A stretch of DNA of 64,000 bases, from positions 10,148 through 74,147 of the forward strand of contig CAYWSJ010000003.1 of assembly GCA_964461045.1 (NCBI GenBank), read 5' to 3'. Under the pieces are notes generated by a model. That model was not told the origin of the DNA, ran no database searches, and saw only the letters and a program-made list of their open reading frames with translations. Positions 46,138 through 55,522 of this stretch are shown one piece after another. Origin of the DNA: an uncultured Bacteroidales bacterium (GTDB lineage: Bacteria > Bacteroidota > Bacteroidia > Bacteroidales > UBA12077). How positions within the stretch are numbered: the first letter of the stretch is position 1; each line of letters begins with the position of its first letter. A program made the translations under genes and the position numbers.

Positions 46138-48213
46138 CTACCACTTAATCCTTAATTGCATTTTCAAACTGGTTTTAGTATTTCCATCAATCTTATTAAG
46201 ACCACTTCCAATAGAATTTTTATCTGTATAATAAAACCTTCCAAGCTTCAAATAAAAAGTAACAGGTTCATAATTATATTTTACATTGATGTAATAACGG
46301 AATCCTTTGGAATAATAAGCTGGAATACTAAAATTATATAATAGATCTTGTTCATAGGAATAAAGGCTCGATTGATAGCTATCAGTATCAAAAATACCAT
46401 AACGGAAATCCAGCTCCAGCGGCAGTTTTCTTAACCGCCACGAAAAATCCTGGCAAATCAGAATACCTTGTTCATAGGTATCATCGCTTAAATAACATTC
46501 TGTAAATGATATCCTGTTTTGTAACTTCAAAAATTCAGAAATATCATACTTAACATTCAACCTCAGTTTATACTTATTTTCATACATCAACCCTGGCAGT
46601 AATGATTGTGATTTCTGATAATTAACCTCTTCTTCACTGTATTGATAGCGGATATAAAATTCAAAGTCGCGATAAACCGGAAAATTTAAATTAACCAGGC
46701 TGCTCCAACCTTCAGAAGGAGAATCAGTAAGATAAGTTATCCAGGTATGCTGGTAACTATCAAATGAAACACTGGCAATTAACCAGGATAATAACTCCAT
46801 ATTCAGCCCTACGTATAAACCTTTCTCATTAGGAAATGTAGAAGATTCAGAAAAAGGGTCTGCATAAAGTGCCTGGTATTCACGGTGATAATTCCGATAA
46901 ACCAATGCAATTCCTAACTTTTCTGTAAGCTGAGCCTGTAATCCACTCAACCAGGCCGCATGGCATAAATCTGAAGATGCGACTTCACCAAACAAAAAAT
47001 ACTGTTTAAAAGAATATTTATAATCCAGTCCCAAAACAAAATTCTCATTGCCTGAAAACTGATATAACTTGTATGGCTTGAATGATTTTTCAATATCTCC
47101 TTCAAAAGTTGCAAAGATCCCTGATAAACCCAGCTCAAAATGATCTTTCCGGAAAAGAATGTTTGCTCCCATAACCTTTTCACTAAGAATCCGCTCATCT
47201 TCAATTTCCCGTGGAAGACGGTGATATCCGGTGGTCTGGAAGGAGCTAAATATAGGAATTTCGTTCTTCTGACCTGTAAAATTGGCATCAATATTTTTAC
47301 TGGAATAAAAAGCAGAATATTCAAAATTATCATGAAGAAATGTACAGGCAGTTCCCCGGAAAAAACGATTCTCATCAGACGAGGTGTACTTTTTAACGGG
47401 ATCTCCTTTTCGCATTACTCTCAGCACATAGGGTGATTTATCAAAACTGAAGCCACTCCACACTGTCAACCCCTGGCCAAAATTAATGCTATAATCGCCC
47501 AAAGCTAAATTTTTTAGCCATTTTTCACCCTGATAAAGAAAATGAAAAGAATGATAATCAAAACCATAATAATTGGATCCCGACAAAAACTCCTCCCCTG
47601 GATCTTTCTCTGCGGTAAAGCCTAAAAATAGCCTGCGATCTAAATTAAATTTATACTGAGTGTAAAGTTTATAAGGATCACCAAGAAATAAGTTCTTATC
47701 CCCTTCTTTATTTAAATAGCCTCTGCGTTTTTCCAGTATTCGTTCAGCTTTAACCAATAATTGATGCGAACCGTAATTTACTACCTGCCCAGGCTTCAAA
47801 TCAATTATTGATCTTCCCCTGTTTTCATCTACAGGTGATACTTCTGTAAAAATTCTGAGCTTACGCACCAGTTTTTTGTCAAATCCAAAAACAACCTGTA
47901 ATTCATAAATTGACTGAAGTGCCCCATTTCTAGAAATATAATCAAGAAGACTTTGAATTTGAAAACTATTCAACAGGTGTAAATCATTCAAATTAGCTTC
48001 TGTTGCATCATTAAGATTAAGTTTATTTTCAGAAAAGAAAAAAAGATCTCTAAAAATTTCTTCTGCAGAAGATTTGTTTTCCTCTTCAGAGACAATATTC
48101 TCCGTTAAATCTTCGATAATTTCTCTAATATCAGAGTTCTGACAGTACAAACTCTGAGAAATTGAAAGAAACAGAAAAACAAACGAAAACAAACCCATTT
48201 CCTTCATAATCAA
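46138..48213 (-). CDS. Outer-membrane protein: ComEA-like helix-hairpin-helix domain fused to a large beta-barrel-like region
   Basis: 691 aa with a signal peptide. The HhH region LNLNDATEANLNDLHLLNSFQIQSLLDYISRNGALQSIYELQVVFGFDKKLVRKL is followed by about 550 aa of Y/F/G-rich alternating strands ending LRIKW. Confidence 0.6.
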   Translation of the reverse strand: MIMKEMGLFSFVFLFLSISQSLYCQNSDIREIIEDLTENIVSEEENKSSAEEIFRDLFFFSENKLNLNDATEANLNDLHLLNSFQIQSLLDYISRNGALQSIYELQVVFGFDKKLVRKLRIFTEVSPVDENRGRSIIDLKPGQVVNYGSHQLLVKAERILEKRRGYLNKEGDKNLFLGDPYKLYTQYKFNLDRRLFLGFTAEKDPGEEFLSGSNYYGFDYHSFHFLYQGEKWLKNLALGDYSINFGQGLTVWSGFSFDKSPYVLRVMRKGDPVKKYTSSDENRFFRGTACTFLHDNFEYSAFYSSKNIDANFTGQKNEIPIFSSFQTTGYHRLPREIEDERILSEKVMGANILFRKDHFELGLSGIFATFEGDIEKSFKPYKLYQFSGNENFVLGLDYKYSFKQYFLFGEVASSDLCHAAWLSGLQAQLTEKLGIALVYRNYHREYQALYADPFSESSTFPNEKGLYVGLNMELLSWLIASVSFDSYQHTWITYLTDSPSEGWSSLVNLNFPVYRDFEFYIRYQYSEEEVNYQKSQSLLPGLMYENKYKLRLNVKYDISEFLKLQNRISFTECYLSDDTYEQGILICQDFSWRLRKLPLELDFRYGIFDTDSYQSSLYSYEQDLLYNFSIPAYYSKGFRYYINVKYNYEPVTFYLKLGRFYYTDKNSIGSGLNKIDGNTKTSLKMQLRIKW

Positions 48214-48214
48214 A

Positions 48215-49021
48215 CTATAGATTTACCTGTAATGAAAAATTTGGCACATACCCAAGTACCTGATGCCTGTAAAAGGCCAGATCAACAATAAAATTATTCA
48301 ACTGATAACCCATGCCAAAAGAAAAAACCACTGGATTAACAATAACTCCTGCGCGCAAATTAAAGTTTTTCAAAAAGGAATATTCAAGTCCCGTTTTGAC
48401 AGAGGAATTGTGCTCACTTTCTTTCTCAATTTCAAGTGTCGTCATCACCCGGGAATCAAATGAATAAGCACAGCCAAGCCGAAAAACAGATGGAATATAA
48501 GCTTTAGGATAACTATAATAACTATTCGCTGGATTGTAAGCATGAACCCCAACATATAACTCATCAAATGGCTTATACAGGATACCAGCCTCAAAAGTAA
48601 TCTGCGCAAGATCATCCTCAACTCCATGAATATGTGTGGAGTAATAATCAATCTGTACACCCAGGGAAAAAGACTCCCCAAGCAGCTTACCAAAAGCCAA
48701 ACCGGCCTTTATTTCATTGTACTTTGAATAACCGTAATAGGTCCCGCTTGAAGCAAAAGTACCAGTTGAAGTGGGATAAACAAAGGCAACAGACTGATAA
48801 CTCATTTCCCTGATCATTCCCATATTATGATAGATTCCTGCTGACATTTGATTAATATATGCCAGTCCTGCCTGATTATTAAATACAGACCAAAAATCAG
48901 GTAACATCACAGTAGCATATGCCATAGCCGCTGAACGAGCCCCTGATGGATATTTTTTATCGCTGCCAAAAGTGGGAACAATCAGCAATACCAAAAGTAA
49001 TGCTAAAATAGTTCTTTTCAT
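48215..49021 (-). CDS. Outer-membrane beta-barrel protein (PorV/PorQ/FadL-like flavour)
   Basis: ATG 49021 gives the signal peptide MKRTILALLLVLLIVPTFG. Motifs are GARSAAMAYA and NNQAGLA. The barrel ends FSLQVNL, and its stop lies 1 nt before the start of the next gene. Confidence 0.5.
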   Translation of the reverse strand: MKRTILALLLVLLIVPTFGSDKKYPSGARSAAMAYATVMLPDFWSVFNNQAGLAYINQMSAGIYHNMGMIREMSYQSVAFVYPTSTGTFASSGTYYGYSKYNEIKAGLAFGKLLGESFSLGVQIDYYSTHIHGVEDDLAQITFEAGILYKPFDELYVGVHAYNPANSYYSYPKAYIPSVFRLGCAYSFDSRVMTTLEIEKESEHNSSVKTGLEYSFLKNFNLRAGVIVNPVVFSFGMGYQLNNFIVDLAFYRHQVLGYVPNFSLQVNL

Positions 49022-49261
49022 AAGTTTCCAGAAAAATGATGTATGAAGATAAGTATAAAATAATAATAAACAAAACAACTAAAAAGAATTGAACAGAATG
49101 ACTTTTTTAACAGGAATCAAAAATTAGTTGCATCCCTAAAGCTGTTTTTATTTTATTTGATAATTCTGCACACCAAATTCTGAAAAGGTTATTATTCATA
49201 GATTTAACATAAATAAAAATGAAACATGATATGTCTCATTCTAAATTCTTTATAAAAAATG

Positions 49262-49269
49262 TATATTTG
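49262..49269 (+). promoter_or_regulatory. -7 promoter box (TATATTTG) for the DUF4440-like gene
   Basis: Exact TAnnTTTG, 25 nt upstream of ATG 49295. It lies just inside the longer ORF-track reading (ATG 49259), which argues for the 49295 start. Confidence 0.5.
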
Positions 49270-49294
49270 GCATTTCGTTTCTAAGCTAAAAAAA

Positions 49295-49771
49295 ATGAAA
49301 AAAATATTTTTTATAATCCTGGTCTTTCCCTTTTTATTTTCATTTTGTTCGAATAAACAGGATTTAGAAAAAGAAAGACAAGCTCTGCTTGAAACAGATA
49401 AGGCTTTTTCGAAAAGATCTGAGGAAGTGGGTAATCACCAGGCTTTTCTTGAATATGCAGCCCCGGAAGCGGTATTGCTTAAAAGAAATTATTCACCCAT
49501 TGTTGGAAGAAGAGAAATCAGAGAACACTTTAGTAATCAGAGTGATTCCAGCTATACTCTCACATGGAACCCTTCTTATGCTAAATTGGCTGAATCAGGA
49601 GATATGGGATACACTTATGGTGTTTATACGCTCACGGCTAAAGAACCGGAGAAAAAGAAATATTATGGAACTTACGTTACCATTTGGGAGAAAAACAAGA
49701 AGGGAAACTGGAGATTTCTGCTGGATTCCGGTAATAGCGGAATACAAAACCAGGATAAAAAAGAAAATTAG
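49295..49771 (+). CDS. NTF2-like/DUF4440 (SnoaL-fold) lipoprotein
   Basis: Signal plus lipobox (MKKIFFIILVFPFLFSFCSN), then ETDKAFSKRSEEVG...GYTYGVY...YVTIWEKNKKGNWRFLLD. Confidence 0.7.
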   Translation: MKKIFFIILVFPFLFSFCSNKQDLEKERQALLETDKAFSKRSEEVGNHQAFLEYAAPEAVLLKRNYSPIVGRREIREHFSNQSDSSYTLTWNPSYAKLAESGDMGYTYGVYTLTAKEPEKKKYYGTYVTIWEKNKKGNWRFLLDSGNSGIQNQDKKEN

Positions 49772-49786
49772 ATATTCATATTAATA

Positions 49787-49809
49787 AAAAGCCCGGTTTT
49801 AGGGCTTTT
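49787..49809 (+). terminator. Rho-independent terminator of the DUF4440-like gene
   Basis: AAAAGCCC-GGTTTTA-GGGCTTTT. Confidence 0.75.
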
Positions 49810-49834
49810 ACTGATAAGATAAAAAAAATAAATA

Positions 49835-50848
49835 ATGAGTTTTAAAAATTTAAAAGATGCATTCTATGCATTCAACGATCTGAGGATACTTATTATAGGA
49901 GACGCAATGATTGACTCCTATCTTTGGGGAGATGTAGAGAGAATATCACCAGAAGCACCTGTACCAGTAGTTTCCAGAACTGAAAAGGAAAGCAGGCTTG
50001 GTGGCGCGGCTAACGTCGCTATTAATATTAAAGCGCTAGGGGCACAGCCTATACTGGCTTCAGTAATTGGAAATGATGATCGCGGACACCTTTTTAAGCA
50101 ACTACTGACCAAAAGACAAATGACCAAGCAAGGGATATTCGAATCAAACTCCCGCGTAACAACTATCAAAACCCGAATTATAAGTAATCACCAGCATCTT
50201 CTGCGTGTGGACGAAGAGGAAAATGAACCTCTTGACAAAGAGACTGAAACAGCTTTTCTTAACCACCTCCTCTACACGCTGGACCATGAAAAAGTTGACG
50301 CAATTATTTTTGAGGATTATGACAAAGGAGCCATCACTCCGGTTATTATCGAAGGCATTGTGAATGAAGCTAATAAAAAAGGAATTCCTACCCTGGTTGA
50401 CCCCAAGAAACGCAACTATAATCATTATAAAAATGTTACGCTCTTTAAACCCAATTTTAAAGAACTCGTACAGGGACAAAACCTAACCATCAATAAAAAA
50501 GACAATGAAAAAATATTCCTGGCTACCCAGCTTATGCACAAGGAACAAAACATTGAGTGGATGATGGTAACGCTTTCAGAACATGGAGTTTTTATAAGCA
50601 ATAAAGATACCTACAAACAAACTCCGGCCAGAATAAGAGATATCTCGGATGTTTCAGGTGCGGGAGATACTGTAATAAGTATTGCCGGCGCTTGTCTGGC
50701 TGTAGGTCTGTCTCCCTGGATAACAGCAGAATTAGCAAATATCGGAGGAGGACAGGTATGTGAAAGAGCAGGAGTTGTTCCGGTTGATAAAGAAAAATTA
50801 CTTGAAGAAGCGTATGAGGCAGTTAAAATCGAATCCCCAATACAATAA
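49835..50848 (+). CDS. PfkB-family D-glycero-beta-D-manno-heptose-7-phosphate kinase (RfaE/HldE domain I type)
   Basis: 337 aa with ILIIGDAMIDSYLWGDVERISPEAPVPVV, RLGGAANVA, and GAGDT. Confidence 0.85.
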   Translation: MSFKNLKDAFYAFNDLRILIIGDAMIDSYLWGDVERISPEAPVPVVSRTEKESRLGGAANVAINIKALGAQPILASVIGNDDRGHLFKQLLTKRQMTKQGIFESNSRVTTIKTRIISNHQHLLRVDEEENEPLDKETETAFLNHLLYTLDHEKVDAIIFEDYDKGAITPVIIEGIVNEANKKGIPTLVDPKKRNYNHYKNVTLFKPNFKELVQGQNLTINKKDNEKIFLATQLMHKEQNIEWMMVTLSEHGVFISNKDTYKQTPARIRDISDVSGAGDTVISIAGACLAVGLSPWITAELANIGGGQVCERAGVVPVDKEKLLEEAYEAVKIESPIQ

Positions 50849-50964
50849 ATTCTGTTTGTGGCCCTGAAAATTTATTAACTTTCCTTGTTAATAAATTGTT
50901 AATAACTGCAAAAATATTGTTCACAAATCTTGTGGTAAAGTAAAATTTATCATCCATAAAATTG

Positions 50965-50972
50965 TATTTTTG
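50965..50972 (+). promoter_or_regulatory. -7 promoter box (TATTTTTG) for parAB
   Basis: Exact TAnnTTTG, 52 nt upstream of ATG 51025. Confidence 0.45.
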
Positions 50973-51024
50973 AGAGAGGCTAAAAGAAGCCTAAATTTAA
51001 TTCAGTAACCACAAAATCAATTAT

Positions 51025-51825
51025 ATGGGAAAAGTAATCGCTTTAGCAAATCAAAAAGGTGGAGTTGGAAAAACAACAACGGCAATAAATCTGGCAGCTA
51101 GCCTTGCTGTTCTTGAATATAAAGTACTCATAGTAGATGCGGACCCACAGGCAAATGCTACTTCCGGAACAGGCTTCGATATACGTTCCATAAAAACAAG
51201 CATCTATGAATGTCTTACTGAAGACATTGATCCTAAAAACATCATTCTTCAAAGTGATACCGAAGGTCTGGATTTAATACCATCCCACATTGACCTTGTA
51301 GGGTCAGAGATTGAAATGCTGGATCAGCCAAATCGGGAATACATGTTGAAAAAGGTAGTTGACAAAGTAAGGGATGATTATGACTTTATACTCATTGATT
51401 GTTCCCCTTCCCTGGGATTAATTACAGTAAATGCACTCACTGCTGCTGATTCTGTTATTATTCCGGTTCAGTGTGAATATTTTGCGCTTGAGGGATTGGG
51501 AAAACTGCTGAATACAGTAAAAATCATACAAAATCGTCTGAATACCGACCTGGAAATTGAAGGTTTCCTCCTGACAATGTATGATGCAAGATTAAGACTT
51601 TCAAACCAGGTAGTGGAAGAAGTTCGGAAGCATTTTCAGTCTATGGTCTTTGAAACAATTATTCAAAGAAACATCAAACTTGGAGAATCACCAAGTTATG
51701 GTAAACCCGTTGTAATGTACGATGCCAAATCAAAAGGTGCTGTAAACCATCTTAACCTGGCTCGGGAATTACTTCAAAAAAATGACCAGACAAAGATTAA
51801 AAATGAAGACAAAGTAATGGAATAG
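51025..51825 (+). CDS. parA: Chromosome partitioning ATPase ParA/Soj
   Basis: 266 aa with the deviant Walker A NQKGGVGKTT and DCSPSLG. Confidence 0.95.
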   Translation: MGKVIALANQKGGVGKTTTAINLAASLAVLEYKVLIVDADPQANATSGTGFDIRSIKTSIYECLTEDIDPKNIILQSDTEGLDLIPSHIDLVGSEIEMLDQPNREYMLKKVVDKVRDDYDFILIDCSPSLGLITVNALTAADSVIIPVQCEYFALEGLGKLLNTVKIIQNRLNTDLEIEGFLLTMYDARLRLSNQVVEEVRKHFQSMVFETIIQRNIKLGESPSYGKPVVMYDAKSKGAVNHLNLARELLQKNDQTKIKNEDKVME

Positions 51826-51859
51826 TATAGATTATATTGGTAAACAAAATCCAACGAAA

Positions 51860-52735
51860 ATGGCAAAAAGAAATGCATTAGGAAAAGGGCTTGGAGCATT
51901 GATAGAAGACGCAGGAAATTCAGGAGATTTTTCCGGGGATACTGTTAATGAAATAAAGATTGACTCGATTGAAGTAAATCCTTTCCAGCCCAGAACAAAT
52001 TTCAACGAAGAAGCACTCAATGAATTAGCTGGCTCAATAAAGGAAATAGGTGTAATCCAGCCCATTACTGTAAGAAAAGTTGATGAAAATAAATATCAAT
52101 TAATTACAGGAGAAAGAAGATTCAGGGCTGCAAAAATTGCAAATCTGCACAAAATACCGGCTTTCATACGTACTGCTGATGACCAGGCTATGCTGGAAAT
52201 GGCTCTCGTGGAAAACATCCAGAGAGAAGACCTGGATGCCATTGAAGTTGCCATCAGTTACCAGAGGCTGATAGAGGAATGCCAGTTAACCCAGGAGAAA
52301 ATGAGTGAAAGAGTTGGCAAAAAAAGAGCCACCATATCAAATTATTTAAGATTACTGAAATTACCAGCTGAAATACAACTGGGAATACGTGATAAAAAAA
52401 TCTCAATGGGCCATGCCAGAGCCCTGATAAATATAGACGATGAAGAAAAACAATTAAAAGCCTATTATCGTATTATTGATGAAGGACTCTCAGTGCGCAA
52501 AACAGAGGAAATCATCAGAGAACTAAACCAAAAAAGTACACCTAAAAAATCTACTCAAAAAAAGCAAGAGCTTCCTGAGGAATATCAACAGGTTAAAAAA
52601 CACCTTTCAAATTTTCTGGACACAAATATTGACTTTAAAAGAAGCGGAAACGGAAAAGGAAAAATTATTATTCCTTTTAAATCTGATGATGATCTTGAGA
52701 GAATTATGTCAATTCTTGGACAGGAGGCAAAATAG
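51860..52735 (+). CDS. parB: Chromosome partitioning protein ParB/Spo0J
   Basis: 291 aa with NPFQPR, the GERRFRAA box, and an HTH (LTQEKMSERVGKKRATISNYLRL). Confidence 0.95.
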   Translation: MAKRNALGKGLGALIEDAGNSGDFSGDTVNEIKIDSIEVNPFQPRTNFNEEALNELAGSIKEIGVIQPITVRKVDENKYQLITGERRFRAAKIANLHKIPAFIRTADDQAMLEMALVENIQREDLDAIEVAISYQRLIEECQLTQEKMSERVGKKRATISNYLRLLKLPAEIQLGIRDKKISMGHARALINIDDEEKQLKAYYRIIDEGLSVRKTEEIIRELNQKSTPKKSTQKKQELPEEYQQVKKHLSNFLDTNIDFKRSGNGKGKIIIPFKSDDDLERIMSILGQEAK

Positions 52736-52774
52736 GAAATTCGATCACTCCTGAAATAATAGCTACAATAACTG

Positions 52775-52806
52775 ACCTGCCAGATGCATCCGGCAGGTTT
52801 TTTTTA
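52775..52806 (+). terminator. Rho-independent terminator of parB
   Basis: ACCTGCC ... GGCAGGT hairpin followed by TTTTTTTTT. Confidence 0.8.
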
Positions 52807-53092
52807 TTCCTGATAAACTCAGTTCGTTTTAACAAAATAGTTTCTAAAAATATTATTAAAAGTACGCGTATTTATACCAAAAATGAGCATATTTGCGTTA
52901 GAAAATTTCAGGAAAAACGCAGCGCTGAAATAAAAAACTACTTGTAACGTGGGCTTGATATAATTACGAGCTTCTGTGGCCTGATATTAAAATAGTTATA
53001 GCTTTCAGCAAAGAGCTGTAAGAATATCAACCATATATTTATTCACCTTAAATCAAACATAGGTGCTTTTAATATTAGAGGATTAACCAGGT

Positions 53093-53686
53093 ATGAATAA
53101 CAGTAAAAATAAAATGCTAACTAAAATAGGCGGAATCATTATTATTTCAGCTATATTCTCTTTTCTTAGTATTTCCTCTTACGGACAAAACTCTTCTGAT
53201 ATAGAAATCAAGGACACAATAAAAAAATCAGAACAAAAATTTAAAAAACATTCGCCCAAAAAGGCCAGCCTAATGTCTACATTCCTGCCGGGTTTAGGAC
53301 AAATATATAATGACAAATACTGGAAAGTGCCTGTGATCTATGCTGCCGAAGGAACCCTGCTGTATTTTTACCATTGGAATAATATACGTTATATCGAATA
53401 CAACAAAGCCTATATTGATATGGTAAATGGAAGGATATCAGACTACAAGGGTGTTACATCTGCAGAGCGCCTCAAACAAGCCAAAGATTATTACAGAAGA
53501 TACAGAGACTTGAACATTATTGGAATGTTTGCCGTTTATATCCTGAATATCATTGATGCATCAGTAGATGCTCATTTATATAATTTTGATGTAAGTAAGG
53601 ATCTATCCTTAAAAATTCAACCTGCAACAATATATACGGAAAATTCACAAACTTTTACTGGTATCAGTTGTTCTATTTCTTTTTAA
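53093..53686 (+). CDS. DUF5683-type envelope protein
   Basis: 197 aa with a signal peptide and LMSTFLPGLGQIYNDKYWKVPVIYA. The position after parAB is typical in Bacteroidota. Confidence 0.7.
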   Translation: MNNSKNKMLTKIGGIIIISAIFSFLSISSYGQNSSDIEIKDTIKKSEQKFKKHSPKKASLMSTFLPGLGQIYNDKYWKVPVIYAAEGTLLYFYHWNNIRYIEYNKAYIDMVNGRISDYKGVTSAERLKQAKDYYRRYRDLNIIGMFAVYILNIIDASVDAHLYNFDVSKDLSLKIQPATIYTENSQTFTGISCSISF

Positions 53687-53722
53687 TATTTTATAATTTA
53701 GTCTTTTTAAAACTTTGAATTT

Positions 53723-55258
53723 ATGAACCAATTAGCCCGGTTAACCATCATTTTTGCCTTGTTGATCGCAAACACAGGAATCTTAGCACAAGAGCCTGAC
53801 CCAGAGCTGGAAACAAAAAATATTGAAGAAAATTTCGATAAAAACCTTAGCGAAGTCCTTCATAACTGGTATCTTAAAAGTATGATAAAAGATACAACCC
53901 TTACTGCCACTCAGGATACCACAATTCCAATATTTCCCGATTCAGTGTACCTAAAAAGGATTCAAAATATTCCTTCAGCAATAGAACTGAATTATAACAA
54001 CATTGTACGCAATTTTATTCATGTTTATTCTAAAAAAAGACGCGAAAGAGTAGAAATCATCCTGGGACTCTCCAACTACTATTTCCCCATATTTGAGAGG
54101 ATATTTGATCAACATGAGCTTCCACATGAATTAAAATACCTGGCCATTATTGAATCGGCATTAAATCCAAGAGCTGTTTCACGCGCCGGTGCCACAGGAA
54201 TATGGCAATTCATGTATGGCACAGGAAGAATTTACGGTCTAACCATTAACTCTTTTGTTGATGAACGCCGCGATCCAATAAAGTCTACACAGGCTGCTGC
54301 TGAATATCTGAGCGACCTATACAACATTTTCGGGGAATGGGACCTGGCTATTGCTGCATATAACTGTGGCCCAAGAAACGTAAGCAAAGCTATATACAGA
54401 GCAGGAGGTAAGAAAAATTTCTGGGATATCTACTATTACCTGCCACGGGAAACCAGGGGATACTTTCCGGCATTTATTGCAGCCACTTACATTATGAATT
54501 ACCATGAATTGCATAACATTCACCCGCGTCCAATCGATCTTCCTATGGTGACAGATACAATTCAAATCAATAAAAAACTGCACCTGAATCAAGTGGCCCA
54601 GGTACTCGGAATACCACAGGAGCAACTGGAAGATCTGAATCCACAATACCGGAAAAATATTATTCCTGCTGTAAATACAACCTTTTCACTAAAGATCCCT
54701 CTGGAAAAAACAAAGCAATTCATCAGCATGGAAGACTCAATTTATAACTATAAAAAAGAACACTTCTTTGAAGATAAAATCATTAAAAATCCTCGTAGCA
54801 CAAGATATGTTCACCAGGCTCCACGAGGAAAAGCAAAGCTGTACTATCGCGTAAAACCCGGCGATAACCTTGGATACATAGCAGAATGGTACGATGTAAG
54901 AGCCTCTCAATTAAGATACTGGAACAACATAAGGGGTAACCTTATTCGGACAAACCAAAAACTTGTCGTGTATGTTCCAAAAAACAAAGTAAATTATTAC
55001 AAACCTGTTAATTCATTGAGCTTTGAAAAAAAACAAAAACGCATCGGACAACCGGTTGAAAAAAAGAATACAGCTATCAAGAAATCAAAACCAAACGATA
55101 ATTACATCTATTACAAAGTAAAAAATGGAGATACTTTGTGGGATATTGCAAAAAAATATCCGGGGGTAAGCCAAACCGACCTTATTAAGCTCAACGATCT
55201 AAACAACGCCAGAAATCTAAAGGTTGGACAGTATCTGAAGATCAAGAAAAAAACCTGA
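53723..55258 (+). CDS. MltD-like lytic transglycosylase with two C-terminal LysM domains
   Basis: 511 aa with a signal peptide, SLT core IIESALNPRAVSRAGATGIWQFMYGTG...AAYNCGP, and two LysM repeats (YYRVKPGDNLGYIAEWY..., YYKVKNGDTLWDIAKKY...). Confidence 0.9.
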   Translation: MNQLARLTIIFALLIANTGILAQEPDPELETKNIEENFDKNLSEVLHNWYLKSMIKDTTLTATQDTTIPIFPDSVYLKRIQNIPSAIELNYNNIVRNFIHVYSKKRRERVEIILGLSNYYFPIFERIFDQHELPHELKYLAIIESALNPRAVSRAGATGIWQFMYGTGRIYGLTINSFVDERRDPIKSTQAAAEYLSDLYNIFGEWDLAIAAYNCGPRNVSKAIYRAGGKKNFWDIYYYLPRETRGYFPAFIAATYIMNYHELHNIHPRPIDLPMVTDTIQINKKLHLNQVAQVLGIPQEQLEDLNPQYRKNIIPAVNTTFSLKIPLEKTKQFISMEDSIYNYKKEHFFEDKIIKNPRSTRYVHQAPRGKAKLYYRVKPGDNLGYIAEWYDVRASQLRYWNNIRGNLIRTNQKLVVYVPKNKVNYYKPVNSLSFEKKQKRIGQPVEKKNTAIKKSKPNDNYIYYKVKNGDTLWDIAKKYPGVSQTDLIKLNDLNNARNLKVGQYLKIKKKT

Positions 55259-55522
55259 TTAACCTAAAATTTTTACAGATTTATCAAAGCCGCTTAAGAA
55301 TTAACCTTACTTTCTTCATAGATTAAAGTAAAAGTATTAATTTTAGGAAAATGGTTTTATGCCAATATGTATTGGGGACAATTAAATTTATCGATCAGGA
55401 ATTAAATTTTTAACAGTAAAAATTCAATCAGAAACACAACTAAAAAAGGGAAATCTTAAATACGGCTGTTTTGTGAAAAGTGAAGGCATATTGGCAAATT
55501 ATATAAACCAACAAACAGGCTG

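Noticed and set aside
49389-49784. 131-codon same-strand alternative-frame ORF overlapping almost the whole DUF4440-like gene.
   Set aside because: It opens with TTG, its product is Arg/Lys-rich with no motif, and the other frame gives a coherent lipoprotein with an NTF2-like fold pattern plus its own promoter and terminator. It is probably chance stop-codon avoidance.
50849-53092. Search for a parS site (TGTTTCACGTGAAACA-like palindrome) around parAB.
   Set aside because: I saw no 16-bp palindrome of that type. The only nearby ACGTG core (around 52947) has non-matching flanks. parS sites may lie elsewhere on the chromosome.
52807-53092. 286-bp unassigned gap after the parB terminator, with several short stems (for example GATATT...AATATC around 52983..53030). 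This might be a small RNA.
   Set aside because: The stems are short and imperfect. I recognised no known RNA family signature (6S, tmRNA, RNase P, riboswitch cores), saw no exact promoter box or terminator, and the longest ORF is 16 codons. I left it unannotated.
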